Origin: Amphiscolops sp. MND2022
Lineage: Eukaryota
Assembly: GCA_964187785.1 (NCBI GenBank)
Contig: OZ076409.1
Location: forward strand, 73,472,001-73,536,000
DNA: 64,000 bases
Direction: 5' to 3'
Position 1 is the stretch's first letter, and the number at the start of each line of letters is the position of its first letter. The position numbers and the translations under genes are program-made. The notes under the pieces were generated by a model. That model worked only from the letters and a program-made list of their open reading frames with translations, made no database searches and had not been told where the DNA came from. Below are positions 33,201 through 47,800 of this stretch, piece after piece.

Positions 33201-35992
33201 GTGGCGGGGGGCTGTCCCCAATAGAATATAGTGAGGTAGGGTAGGGTTCCCTACCGAACATTCAGTACTGAAAGACTCTTGTAGTATGAAAATTTTTCGA
33301 TGTTTTGAGACCGATTTCGGATTCCACCCGTCAGAAGTTTATGATTTTTTGGCCCCCACCCAGATTTTGGGCACTGATCGCCCCCCACCAGGTTCCATAC
33401 CCGTGGTTTCGTTGTGACGGGTACACGAGCGACCGTTAGGGGTCAATCAGGGGGTAAAATTTATAAAAGTGTGAATAACTTTTCCCCCCGTCGTTTTAGC
33501 AGGTCCGGTCACTAGTAAAGGTTTGTTGGGCATCATGCAGTGGGTACGGGGGGCCAAACAAAAATTTTCTATCTTGCACCGTTACGGACTTGGCCCCCCG
33601 CCCAAACCGCTATTTTACCGGAAATTGCACTTTTTGACCGGGAAGGAGTCGTCTGAGCGCGGAGTCATTTGGTAATGTTTTGTAGAGCATCTGGAGACGT
33701 GGTGGGGGACATGTAGTTTGCCGACCCCAGTTTACCCCTCGGACGGGAAATGACCGTTATGTGAGTTTCAAAAATGCCCCCCTCCAATTTTCCCCGCAAT
33801 TTCCGGTGTGAAGGAGTCGGAATAGCGTGTCGAGTGCTATATATCAAAAGTAGCTTTAAACAAGGACCTATCAGAAACATGTGGTTTGGGACCCTTTGAA
33901 CGGACCCGTTAGCCGGAAATAGGGTGACCGCCTCCTTTTTTTGGTGGTAAAACCGTAAAACGGGCATTAAAGTGTAATTATCTCGTGAACGCGTGGAGCA
34001 ATCGTGTCCATCACTCCTACAAGGTTTCATACCCATGACATGGTGCCTTCAGGGGGGCAAACAGATCAGCGCTATCTATCACCGTTACGGACTTTGCCCC
34101 CCAGCCTAACCGCTATATTACCGGAAATTGCCCTTTTTGACCGGGAAGGAGTCGTCTGAGAGTGGAGTCGTTAAGTAATGTTTTGTAGAGCATCTAGAGA
34201 CGTGTTGGGGGACATGTAGTTTGCCGACCCCGGTTTACCCCTCGGACGGGAAATTACCGTTATGTGAGTTTTAAAATTGACCCCCTTCAACTTTCCCCGT
34301 TATTTCCGATGTGAAGGAGTGAGGGTAGCGCGTCGGGTGTCATATATCAAAAGTAGGTTAAGACAAGGACCAACCGGGAACATGTTGTTTGGGACCCTCT
34401 GGCCCAACCCGTTAGCCGTTATAAGGGTGATCGCCTCCTTTTTTTACTGCTAAAACCGGAAAACGGGCATTGAGGGGTAAATATCTCGTGAACGCGTGGA
34501 GCAATCGTGTCCATCACTACTACAAGGTTTCATACCCATGATACGGTGCCTTCAGGGGGGAAAACAGATTACCGCTATATATCACCGTTACGGACTTGGC
34601 CCCCCAGCCTAACCGCTATGTGACCGGAAATGTCATTTTTTGAGCCAAAAGGGTTGGTCCCAGCGTGGGAACGTCAGGTAACTTTATGTAGAACTCAATG
34701 AGACGAGTTGGGGGATATAGTTTTAGTCACCCCCCGTTGACCCGTTGGACCGGAAACGACCGTTATGTAGTGAAAAATGTTATTTTTATACTTTTTGAAG
34801 GCCATTTAGGGCAGGAAGTATCGGTAATATGTCTTTGGACAGTATACAATGAAAGTTTTGGTGTGAAACGAGCAATCTGAAATAACCGTTATTATGATTC
34901 GGAAGTCACACTAACAGCGAAAATGACCGTTATGTAGTGAAAATTTTTTTCACAATTTTTTTTTATTTTCGATAGGTCCTTCAAGCCAGGAAGTAGCTGT
35001 ATTAGGTCTTTGGTCACTTTATGATGATTGTGGTGTTGTGAGATGACCGTACGAACTTGACCGTTATAATGCCCCTGAAGTTGCGGCGGCACGAGAAATT
35101 TCAGAAAGTTTGTCTTTTCTGTGTTTTGTTGGAATAAACATGTAATTTCATCAAACCAAAGTGCATTCAGGGTGTTAGAAAGCTTCAAGAAAAGAATTTG
35201 ACAGGAAACATGAGGTGAGAAATAGGAAAATGCCACGGAAATCCAACCCGTTGGGAAGTTAAGATAATAAATTGGTTTGGAAGTGCCAATCGACGTGTAA
35301 TTGCGGATCATAGCTACGATATTGTCTCTTTTGTTTCTTTTTGAAGACTTTGAACATTTTCACTTTATCAGCTTGAAGTTTCGACTCCATTAACTCAATA
35401 ACCGTTACAATATGATAGCCCTCAAGTTGACCTTGTGTCAACTTGAAAGGGCTATCCTTTCACAACTGCGCAGCGACAGTGTGATTGAGTGTTTTTGTTA
35501 TTATCCGTAGCCAATTTGAACTTCAACAAAAGTTTAACCATAGTTAAAAAATTTCATATGATTCTTTTAAAAGGATAAGTAAGAAACAAATGTTTGACAA
35601 AAAACTTTCAACCTTTAATTTGTGGACTGAATATCAGGAAAACCATGTCTCCTAACGTTGTTGGATGAAATTCAACATGATTCTTTTAATAGGATAACAA
35701 AGTTTGACAACATATTTTTTTATATTCTTTCGTTGGTGCTCTACATTTTAGGAAAACGAATTTTCCAACAAATATTGTTGGCTGATGCCTGTTCATAGTG
35801 GCTTGAAAATTTCACCAACTGTAATGCTTTTTATCAAAGGTGAAACCGCTCCTTACCGTCGCATAATGTAATTCAAGCCGACGCCCACATGCCAACATCA
35901 ACGCCCACCGTCCGTAGGCATGCCGAGGCATGCCTTTCGACGACGTATGCCAAATCACGCCCCTGCGAGGTCACTAAAGCGGTAGCGGCTAG
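33201..35992 (+). mobile_element. Unit U18, long divergent unit (2792 bp) with an internal 503-bp tandem duplication
   Basis: ACCGTTACGGACTT recurs at 33578, 34081 and 34584. Related to U34 (56391-58406), which carries one copy of the module. Confidence 0.8.
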
Positions 35993-37383
35993 GTGGTTGG
36001 GGCGGTCCCCAGAACGCACAAGGAGGCGCGGGGAGGGTCCTGCGCCGACGTAGAATAATTTCATATAATACTAGTATCCTACATGGGTGTTTTAGAGGCG
36101 ATTTTGGAATCTAACCGTAGGATTTGGATAATTTTTTGCATGCGGCCATAACTCGAAATTCTAAGAACTTTTTCCTACTGTCATTTTCCCCGCAAATTGT
36201 TTTTTGTTGACTTATGGCCGAAAAACCGGAAATAACGTCCTTTTTAGACGTTATATCCGAAGTGTCGTCATAACTTTTTTCCAGGGCATGCTAGCGTTCT
36301 CGTTCACTTTTACACTTAGTTGCAGCATCTCAAAATACAACTGGTGGAAAATTTTGGTTGCATTCGGATCACCCCCCACCGAGATAGAAGGGTTCCCCCC
36401 TCCAGTTTTACCCCCCAAATTTGCAAAATAGCCAATTTTGAGCATGAAGCCGAGGATTTAGCGTACCCGCACCCTCCTGATGTTTTGTTGTACGTATTGG
36501 GGTCAATCTGACGACATGTGTGGTTTTCACCCCCAACCCCCCCTTGGACCGGAAATGACACTTTTTTGTGTTTTTTGGCAGAATTTAGCCTTTTTCATTA
36601 TTAGGCAGTCGTTTTAGGGACTCCTAGCAGGATATCGAAATTGAAATACAACCTGATCACAACCCAGTGACAACATGTTGGCCACTTGGAGGTATCATCA
36701 TGACCGGAAGTGGGGTCAACCCCCCTTTTTGTGACCGCTTTTTGACCTTGTGCACCAAAATGCCAACATCTTGAGGCCTAATGAGGCATTCAAATCTGTA
36801 CAAAGATAAAATGTTAGACAACCGAAGTCCCGGAAGATCTTTAGCATATACCGGAAGTTACCCCCCATGACCGGAAGTTACCCAATGTGACCGGAAATGG
36901 TCCAAAAATTAATGTAAAGTTGAATTTTTCACTATTTCAAGACCACTTAATTGAAACTTTTCAATCTCAAAACTAGCGTACTGGCTTGTTTTGCTGAATT
37001 TATGGAAATTGATGAGCTCTATCGCCCTCGATAGCCTTCGAAGTTGACCTTGCGTCAACTTTGGAGGCTATCGATAAAGAAAAATGAACAACAAAGTACA
37101 TTGTTTCTCTCGTTTTTTTTTCCCGTTGTTTTTCCTCAAACTTTCTTGTGACATATACATGGCCGTTAGTTGAAATCAATGTTAAGCCCATGTTATAGCT
37201 GGAGCAGCGAAGCGTTACACAGACTAGTGTGGTTTTGAAATCACACTATTTAAATTAACAACTGACTGTCTTAGTCAACTCCACACATTCATACCAACGC
37301 CCACCGTCTGTGGGCATGCCGAGGCATGCCCTTCGACGACGTATGACGAATCCATTCCAACGACACCCGCAGTCCTCAGCTAG
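35993..37383 (+). mobile_element. Unit U19, subfamily D (1391 bp)
   Basis: Colinear with U4; palindromic tail; CTAG|GTG at both ends. Confidence 0.8.
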
Positions 37384-39761
37384 GTGGTCGGGGCGCTCTC
37401 CCAACCTCTTCCGCCGCCTCGGGGAGGGTCCTGATTGGCGGCACCCCTTATGGAAAACTTACTGTTAGAAACGCACCAGTGTAATGCTGATTTCGAAAAC
37501 CACCCGTACGATTTTGCTCAAATTTTGCATGTAGCTCCCAAATTCCAATACAAGAACTAATTCCTACTGCCATTTTTCCGGGAAAACTCAAAAAGTTGGT
37601 CAAAAATGACATTTTCTGAGTGAAAAATGGCCATTTTTTGACTTTTTTATTTTTGATCGGCTATAACTTTTTCCAGGGTGCTCGGATCGAAAAAAGTTTG
37701 TATAGGTAAAGTTGTTTGGCACTTCGAGTAGAACTCGTAGACAAATTTTGGTTGAGATCGGATGAAAATTGACTGAGAAATAACCGAAAAACCATCGATT
37801 TTTTGAAAAAAATTTTGACACACTAGTATGACTCTGCCGTTTTTCGGCCAAAGTTCTTTCTAGAACCTCGTCTAAAGTCCTCCCCTGGCTGAATTACCTC
37901 CCAGCAAAACCATTTGGCCCATTTGCCGAAGTTTCAGCGTTCCAGCATTCCCCGGGTAAAAGATAAATGACTTAGAATTTTTACAAAAAAATTTCAAAAA
38001 AAAATTTTTTTTCTTCAAGCTTCCCAAAGTCAAGGAACTTCCACACAACTAGTATTGCAAGTGAATGCATGTGGAAAGTGCTTGAATAGACGAGAAAAAT
38101 GAGCTATAGAACGACTCTGTAGCTTAACCTGACGTTGACTTATGACAATTTGAGTGCGTGCTTGCTATGTGGTGAAATTGAGGAACAACCTAAAATGAAA
38201 GCTAAGTCTGATCTAAAACTTACCGAATTGCTTTTATTCAGCCCCAAAGCTGTTCAATTGCCGCTGTGTAGTGCAGCAACACTATCCAAGGCTTTTTAGG
38301 ACGTTTTTAAGATGTCATTATGTTCTTTTTGGACAGTTTTTTTTGTACAAATAGGACTTTATTTTTCGGGACCTAACACTTTTTGCCAAAAAAGTCAAAC
38401 TTCGTCCACACAACTTAGATTGCAAGTGAATGCATGCGGAGAGTGCATGAAGTGATGAGGAAAATGAGCTATAGAACGCCCGTTTCCGACAACTTGACAT
38501 GGACTTATAAGAGTTTGAAAAATCACAAAAAAAATGAACAACAATTCACTAACAGTGAGTTTGTAGTAAATGGCCCATATTTCCATACACAAGATTCTCA
38601 GCACAATTCTATACCTTTTCGTTTTTGTTGTCCGTGATTGTGCAACAAATAAGTATTGTTAAAAGTTTCTGTAAAACATCGCCGGAAAGAGAAAAATGCG
38701 GAGTTTATGAGTAATTTTGTTTGAAAAATGACAAAATAGTCTATCTCTGCCGTTTCAGCACAATTTTTTTAAAAAAAGACGCCCAGTAGGTAACCCATGG
38801 GCTAATTTCGTCTCAACAAAACGGTTGGGGTCATTTGCCGCAGTTTTAGCTTTATAGCATTCTCCGGGTAAAAGTTGTTGAACTTAGAAAATTTTTGAAA
38901 TTTTTTCAAATTTTTTTTTAACTTCAGGCGGCCCAAAGTCAAGAAACTTCCACACAACTAGGATTGCAAGTAGATGCATGTGGAAAGCCCAGTAATTGGG
39001 GAGAAAAATGCCGTTTAGAACGTCTCTTTATCGTAACTTGATGTTGACTTATGATTCTTTAAATGGGAGCTTGATTTGAGGTTAAGAAGTCAAAGTGTGT
39101 AAATGGAACGTAAGTCTGGTCAAAAACTCATTGGAATACATGCAATGAACCTCAACTTATCCTCAATTACAGTTGTCTAGTGCAAAGGTCTTTCAAAGTT
39201 GTTTCACTTCTTTTGATAAGTGTTGATGGTATAAACCATCAGTTATAGAGAAACACGTAAGTACATTCTCATCTCTCCCCATCGGGGGAGATGAGAATGT
39301 ACTCACCAAAGGTCAAAACTACTAAATGCCTTTTTTCTGTACCATTTTATGTCACTGTCGAAACAAACATAAACAAATTAGTTTCCGACTCCTCCTTGGG
39401 GTTTTGGTTTGACTTCTGTAAAAAAAAGGGTACGAGGACTTGGAGATCTTTTAAGTGTTCCAAAAGAGACCTCCTATTTCACACCGTGGAAAACTTGAAG
39501 ACATTTGTCATGAAATCACCTACTAGGCTTCTCTCTGAGTACGCAAGTTCAATAAGTAACACATTTTATCTTCCATATTTGCTCCGATGACCAGGATTGG
39601 AAACTAAATTAACCCAAGGTACTTAGCCAAAACGAGCAATACCAACTTTTGATTGAAAACCTCATCACAGTTTTTCTTTGAAAATTACCTTCATTGACTT
39701 CTCAATTTATCAACTCAATCTCCTTAAGCGGCCCTATTTTGACACAAGCCTGCAGCGCTAG
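37384..39761 (+). mobile_element. Unit U20, long B-related unit with internally reiterated modules (2378 bp)
   Basis: The CCACACAACT...TGCAAGT...TGCATG module occurs three times (~38040, ~38405, ~38950). Its last 196 bp are identical to window positions 1-196. Confidence 0.8.
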
Positions 39762-42700
39762 GTGGTCGGGGCATCTCCCAACCTCTTCCGGCCGCCCGGG
39801 GAGGGTCCTGATGGCGGCCCCCTTCTACGGAATACTTACTGTCTTGAAATTTCTGGGAGAAATGCGATTTTCCAAACTACCCGATAGATTTTGCTCAAAA
39901 TTTGCATACGGCTTCCCAATGAAGGTACAAGAACAAATCCCTACTGGCATTTTGCCGGGAAACGTCAAAAATTTGGTCAAAATCACTATTTTCTGACTAA
40001 AAAATGGTCATTTTTCAACTTTTTCAACTTTTAGCGGCTATTACTCCACATAGGGTGCCTGGAGCGATACGGTACCGGACGGCAATATTGTTCAGCACTT
40101 CGAGTAGAACCTATAGACGTATTTTCGTGCTATTCGGATGAAAATTGATTGAGTAATAACCGAAATTTTGACGATTTTTTTCGAAATTTTTTCACACCCT
40201 AGTCTATCTCTGCCGTTTTTTGCCCAGATTTTTTTCCAGGACCTCTCCTAAAGGCCTCCCCTGGCCGGTTTACGTCCCAGAAAAACCATTTGGCCCTTTT
40301 GCCGCAGTTTCAGCGTTCCAGGATTTCTTGAGTAAAAGATAAATGACTTAGAATTTTTTCGAAAATTTTTCAAAATTATTTTTTTCAACTTCAGGCCCCC
40401 CAAAGTCAAAGAACTTCCACACAACTAGTATTGCAAGTGAATGCATGTGGAAAGTGCTCGAATAGACGAGAAAAATGAGCTATTATGAAGCTCTGTAGCT
40501 TAACCTGACGTTGACTTATGACAATTTTAGTGTGAGCTTGCTATGTCGTAAAAATGAAAAAAAAACTCAAAATCGAAGCTAAGTCTCATCCAAAACTCAT
40601 CGGAATACGTTCAATCAACTCCAGAGCTGTTCAATCAGCGCTGTTTAGTGCAGCAACGCTTTTTAGGGCCTTAGGATCCATTTTGGTAAGTTTTGAAACC
40701 GTCTTATCCTTCTAATAGCACAAAACAGTTTCGTACATTCCATCTCCCTCTCGGGGGAGATGAGAATGTACTCACAAAAAACCAAGTATTACACCTCCAT
40801 TCTACCAGTAGTGGCGTTACAAATGCAGCAGCGTGAGCTTTACAGTAGTCTCTACGTGTGTTGACTCTGAGCTAGTAATGAATTTATATCACCAAACGTG
40901 AATGAAATGTTTTACTCCAAAATTATTTTACATTTAATATGTCATCAATGCACGCATTTCAATCTATCTACAACTACTACTACCTACCCCCGTGCTAGTC
41001 ACGCACAAGCCTGCAGCGCTAGGTGCCCAAATCCATCGATTTACCTTCACTTTGAGGGCGGGGTAGGGCCCCCGACCGGCTCCTCAGGCTTTAGACTGGC
41101 AACTTTAAGCCATTGTGCAAAATGAAAGCGATTTTCTAAACGGCCCATACGATTTGGCTGAAATTTTGCATACGGCTTCCTCTAGCAATTCTAAGAACTA
41201 ATCCCTACTGGCGTTTTGCCCGGAAAAATCAAAAAGTTGGTCAAAATCACTATTTTAGGTGCCGAAAATGGCGTTTTTTCGAAAAATTTTTTTTCAAGAG
41301 CCCATATCTCGCTTCCAGGTGCTCGTAGCGGGTCGCATGTGGACGTTGATATTGCTAGGCACTTCGTAAGGAGTCCGTATACAAATTTTCGTTCCGATCG
41401 GATAAAAATTGACTGAGTAATAGCCGCAAATCGGACGAATTTTTCCGGAAATTTTGGTGCAACTAGTCTATCTCTGCCGTTTTTTGCCCAGATTTTTTTC
41501 CAGGACCTCTCCTAAAGACCTCCCCTGGCCGGTTTAGCCCCCAAAAAAACCATTTGGCCCTTTTGCCGCAGTTTCAGCGTTCCAGGATTCCCCGGGTAAA
41601 AGTAAAATGTCTTAGAATTTTTCGAAAAATTTTCAAAAATTTTTTTTTCAACTTCAGGCCTCCCAAAGTCATAGAACTTCCACACAACTAGTATTGCAAG
41701 TGAATGCATGTGGAACGTGCTTGAATAGACGAGAAAAATGAGCTATTATAAACCTCTGTAGCTTAACCTGACGTTGACTTAAGACAATTTTAGTGTGAGC
41801 TTCCTATGTGAGAAAAAATTTCAAAAATTGAAAATCGAAGCTAAGCCTCATCCAAAACTCATCGGAATACGTTCAATCCATCCCAAAGCGGTTTGTTCCC
41901 AGTTGTAGAGTGCAGCAACACCATTCAAGGTCATTTGGCCCACTTTAATAGGTTTTGACTTTGTCTTATCCATCCGAAAATTCGAAACAGTTAAGTACAT
42001 TCCATCTCCCCTCCGTGGGAGATGGTAATGTACTCGCAAAAAGCCAAGTACTACCGCCCTATTCTACCCGTAGTGGTGCTAGAAATGCAGTAGCGTGAGC
42101 TCCAGGTTGTTTGCAGTAGCCTTTACGTATGTTGTGATTATGTATTACAATTCTAACTCTGTTACTAAACATTAAAAAATTGTTTCAATCCCAAATTTTT
42201 TTCAACCTTAGTATGTCACCAATAAAGATATATCCATCTTTCCTACTACAACCACCCTACCACCCGGCCCCTCGTATCTTTGTTCAACCGTACACGTCTA
42301 GGTGCCAAAACCCAATGGTTTGCCAAACACTTCGAGGGCGGGGTAGGGCCCCCAGCCCGAGTCAAAAGTCGAAGACTATCAACGTAAGGCCAATACTAAA
42401 ACCTCCTATCGATCTTGGAAACGGCCCATACGATTTGGCTCAAAATTTGCATACGGCTTCCTCTAGCGATTCTAAGAACTTTTCCCTACTATCGTTTTGC
42501 CCGGAAAATTTTTTTTGTTGACTTATAGACAATTTTAGGTGCCGAAAATGGCGTTTTTTCGAAAATTTTTTTTTCAAGAGCCCATATCTCGCTCCCAGGT
42601 GCTCGGAGCGGGTCGCATGTGGACGTCGATATTGCTAGGCACTTCGTAAGGAGTCCGTAGACAAATTTTTGTACAGATCGGATAAAAATTGACTGAGTAA

Positions 42701-44877
42701 TAGAAAACTTTGAAAGTGATTTTGACGACATTTTTCGAAAACCTAGTCTATCTCTGCCGTTTTTTGCCCAGATTTTTTTCCAGGACCTCTCCTAAAGGCC
42801 TCCCCTGGCCGGTTTACCTCCCAGAAAAACCATTTGGCCCTTTTGCCGCAGTTTCAGCGTTCCAGGATTCCCCGGGTAAAAGTAAAATGTCTTAGAATTT
42901 TTTCGAAAAATTTTCAAAAAAATTTTTTTTCAACTTCAGGCCTCCCAAAGTCAAGAAACGTCCACACAACTAGTATTGCAAGTGGATGCATGTGGAAAGT
43001 GCTCGAATAGACGAGAAAAATGAGCTATTATAAACCTCTGTAGCTTAACCTGACGTTGACTTATGACAATTTTAGTGTGAGCTTGCTATGTGAGAAAAAA
43101 TTTCAAAAATTGAAAATCGAAGCTAAGTCTCATCCAAAACTCATCGGAATACGTTCAATCCATACCAAAGCGGTTCGTTCCCAGTTGTAGAGTGCAGCAA
43201 CACCATTCAAGGTCATTTGACCCACTTTAATAGGTTTTGACTTTGTCTTATCCATCCGAAAATTCGAAACAGTTAAGTACATTCCATCTCCCCTCCGTGG
43301 GAGATGGTAATGTACTCGCAAAAAGCCAAGTATAACCGCCCTATTCTACCCGTAGTGGTGCTAGAAGAGCAGTAGCGTGAGCTCCAGGTTTGCAGTAGTC
43401 TCTATGTGTTATAATTATATTTTTCATAGCTAAAAATCTTACTAAACGTGATAAAAAAAATTACATCACTCAAAATTTTTTCAAATATTATTATATGTCC
43501 CCAATTGACGCACGTCAACTATTTCACTACAACCACCCTACCACCCGGCCCCTCGTATCTTTGTTCAACCGTTCACGTCTAGGTGCCAATCCCCCCCGGG
43601 ATGCCACAACTTCGAGGGCGGGGTAGGGCCCCCTGCCCGAGTCCAAAACCAACGGCGCTAAACTTCGCGCCAGAAACTTAAGGCGTTTTCCATTTCTAGA
43701 GGCGATCTCGAAAACGGCCCTATAGAATTGGCTCAAAATTTGCATACGGCTTCCTCTAGCGATTCTAAGAACTTTTCCCTACTACCGTTTTGCCCAAAAA
43801 AATTTTTTTGTTGACTTATAGACAATTTTAGGTGCCGAAAATGGCGTTTTTTCGAAAAATTTTTTTTCAAGAGCCCATATCTCGCTCCCAGGTGCTCGGA
43901 GCGGGTCGCATGTGGACGTCGATATTGCTAGGCACTTCGTAAGGAGTCCGTAGACAAATTTTCGTACAAATCGGATGAAAATTGACTTAGTAATAAAAAA
44001 CTTTCAAAGTGATTTTGACGACATTTTTCGAAAACCTAGTCTATCTCTGCCGTTTTTTGCCCAGATTTTTTCCCAGGACCTCTCCTAAAGACCTCCCCTG
44101 GCCGGTTTACCTCCCAGAAAAACCATTTGGCCCTTTTGCCGCAGTTTCAGCGTTCCAGGATTCCCCGGGTAAAAGTAAAATGACTTAGAGTTTTTTCGAA
44201 AAATTTTCAAAAAATTTTTTTTTCAACTTCAAGCCTCCCAAAGTCAGGAAACGTCCACACAACTAGTATTGCAAGTGAATGCATGTGGAAAGTGCTCGAA
44301 TAGACGAGAAAAATGAGCTATTATAAACCTCTGTAGCTCAACCTGACGTTGACTTATGACAATTTTAGTGTGAGCTTGCTATATGGTAAAAAATTTCAAA
44401 AATTGAAAATCGAAGCTAAGTCTCATCCAAAACTCATCGGAATACGTTCAATCCATCCCAAAGCGGTGTAATTCCAGCTATGTAGTGCAGCAACACCATT
44501 AAAGGTCATTTGGCCCATTTTTATAACTTTTGACGCCGTCTTATCCATCCGAAAGTTCGAAACAGTTAAGTACATTCCATCTCCCCTCCGTGGGAGATGG
44601 TAATGTACTCGCAAAAAGCCAAGTACTACCACCCTATTCTACCCGTAGTGGTGCTAGAAATGCAGTAGCGTGAGCTCCAGGTTGTTTGCAGTAGCCTTTA
44701 CGTATGTTGTGATTATGTATTACAATTCTAACTCTGTTACTAAACATTAAAAAATTGTTTCAATCCCAATTTTTTTTTCAACCTTAGTATGTCACCAATA
44801 AAGATATATCCATCTTTCCTACTACAACCACCCTACCACCCGGCCCCTCGTATCTTTGTTCAACCGTACACGTCTAG
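39762..44877 (+). mobile_element. Units U21-U24, subfamily B or B-related
   Basis: Junctions end at 41022, 42301, 43582 and 44877; B-type bodies. Confidence 0.85.
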
Positions 44878-47800
44878 GTGCCGGGATTTTCTATTCGACA
44901 AGTTTGCGCGCCTTGGGGAGGGTCCCTTTGCGCGCTTTAAGATCCAGGTGTTTCCAACTCCTAAACGGGCATGTGATTTCGACGATCTCCTAAACTAGCC
45001 ATACGATTTGGCTGAAATTTGGCACACGTACCCCCCTCGGCACGGTGAAGATGATTCCCTACTGACGTTTTTCCCGCTAAACATTTTTTGTTGACCAAAA
45101 TAACGGTTTTTGGGGTAAAATTTTCAACTTTTTTTAAATTTCATCTCATATCTCGCCACGGGTACACGCTAGCGCTTCCGAACCTTGCTGACGAAAGTTT
45201 GCAAACTGTCTCAGAAATGCTGTGTGAAATTTTCAGCTCAATCGGACTTAAACTCGAGGAGATATAGCGTTTTTCCGGAGCGGGGGGGTTTCATTTTTCT
45301 AACGGTCCAGCTTATCTTTGCCATTTTTTCGAAAATGCACTCGCCTAAAGGCCTCCCCTGGCCGGTTTTATTCCCAACAAAACCATTTGGCCCTAAATAC
45401 GGAGTTTCAGCGTTCCAGCATTCCCGGGCGAAAAGTTGTGGGACTTAGAAAAGTTCAAAAATTTTCAAAAAAAAATTTTTCCGTTATTTGGGCCCCCAAA
45501 GTGGGGGAAAAGACCCCCCAACCAGTAAAGCAAGTGAATGCATGTGGAAAGCCCTTGTTTAGACGAGAAAAATGCCGTTTAGAACGTCTTTTTATCTTAA
45601 CTTGACATTGACTTTTGTCGTTTTGAAGGTGACCGTTAGATACGGAAAATTGATGTTTTGAGTATTTATCCCATCTGAAAGCCATTGAGATACAACATGT
45701 TTTGCTCAAAACGTGTTTCATTGCAGTTTCGCTGTCCATTATCACCCTTTGGTGTCTTTTCACGTGATTTTCGTTCCTATAATAACAATTTTTTTGTGAA
45801 TTTATTCATTTTTTTCTCATCAAATAACTTGAAACAGTTGAGTACATTCCATCTCCCTTCCCGGGGGAGATGAGAATGTACTCGCTAAAGGTCAGGAACT
45901 ACGGTCTATATCTTCCACAACACAAAAGGGATTGCAAATGGTTTCAGTTTGTTGCAGAAAACTTCTTTTTGCCCTCTGTGACTCGACAAAATGAACGTTT
46001 CTTACTTACTTTGAAACTCAGCATACCACAACTCATCTCTAACGTCAGCGCCCCCCTACTTGCATCAACGCCCACCGTCCGTGGGCATGCCGAGGCATGC
46101 CCTTCGACGACGTATACCAAGATATACCTGGAGCGCGGTAGCAGCTAGGTGCCCGGATTTCTATTCATTAAAGTATGTTGCGCGTGTGGGTAGGGCCCCG
46201 TGGCGCGCTCTTGTGTCCCTGTTCTAAAATCTATAATTTCCGGCAGCATTCTGAGCGATTTTCTAAACTATCCATACGATTCGGCTGAAATTTGGCACAC
46301 GTACCCCCCTCGGCACGGTGAAGATGATTTCCTACTGACGTTTTTCCCGCAAAATTTTTTTTGTTGTCCAAAATAACGGTTTTTGGGGTAAAATTTTGAA
46401 TTTTTTTTAAATTTCATCTTATATCTCGCCACGGGTTTACGCTAGCGCTTCAAAACCCTGCTAAAGAAAGCTTGCAAACTGTCTCAGGAATGCGGTGTGA
46501 AATTTTCAGCTCAATCGGACTCAAACTCGGGGAGATATAGCGTTTTTCCGGAGCGGGGGGGTTTCATTTTTCTAACGGTCCAGCTTATCTTTGCCATTTT
46601 TTCGAAAATGCACTCGCCTAAAGGCCTCCCCTGGCCGGTTTTATTCCCAGCAAAACCATTTGGCCCTAAATACGGAGTTTCAGCGTTCCAGCAATCCCGG
46701 GCGAAAAGTTGTGGGACTTAGAAAATTTCAAAATTTTTCAAAAATTTTTTTTTCCGTTTTCCGCCCTCCCCCCCTAGGGGAAAAGACCCCCCAACCAGTA
46801 ATTTGAGTGAATTCATGTGGAAAGGCCATGTTTAGAGGAGAAAAATGCCGTTTAGATCGTCTTTTTATCTTGGCTCAACGTTGACTTATGACGTTTTGAA
46901 GGTGGTGTTTGGAGGTGTAAAGCACGCGAATAGTAAACGTTATGAGTATTTATCTGATCTGAAAGCCATTGAGATGAATATGGTTTGCTCAAAACGTAAT
47001 TCATGGCAGTTTGTTTGCATGCAATCAACACCCTTTGTTGTCGTTTGACATACTTTTTTGTTGTTATAATAAAAAATTTTGTGTATTTATTCATTTTTTT
47101 CTCATCAAATAACTTGAAACAATTGAGTACATTCCATCCCCCCCTTCCGGGGGAGATGAGAATGTACTCGCAAAAAGCACCGAACTACGGCCCTAACCTT
47201 CCCGAGCTACGCAGTATAAGGATTACATATTGGTTCCGACATTTTCATAGAGTTAAATCTTGGTAATCTGTCTGGATATGCAGAAAAACCAGCACGTGCT
47301 TTTTTATACCAAGTTGCTTACAACGACAATTATTTTATATCAACGCCCCCATATTTATCAACGCCCCCCGTCCGTGGGCATGCCGAGGCATGCCCTTCGA
47401 CGACGTATACCAAGATATACTCCCGAGCGCGGTAGCCGCTAGGTGCCATAATCCATTGATTAGCTCAACACTTCGAGGGCGGGGTAGGGCCCCCAGCCCG
47501 AGTCAAAAGTCGAAGACTAACAACTTAAGGCCCATGGTACCTCGAGGTATCGATTTTCTAAACGAGCCATACGATTTGGCTGAAATTTTGCATACGGCTT
47601 CCTATAACAATCCTAAGAACTAATCCCTACTGGCGTTTTGCCCGGAAAAATCAAAAAGTGGGTCAAAATCTTAGTTTTTTGGTCGAAAAATGGCGTTTTT
47701 TCGAAAAATTTTTTTTCAAGAGCCCATATCTCGCCCCCAGGTGCTCGGAGCGGGTCGCACGTGGACGTTGATATTGCTAGGCACTTCGTAAGGAGTCCGT

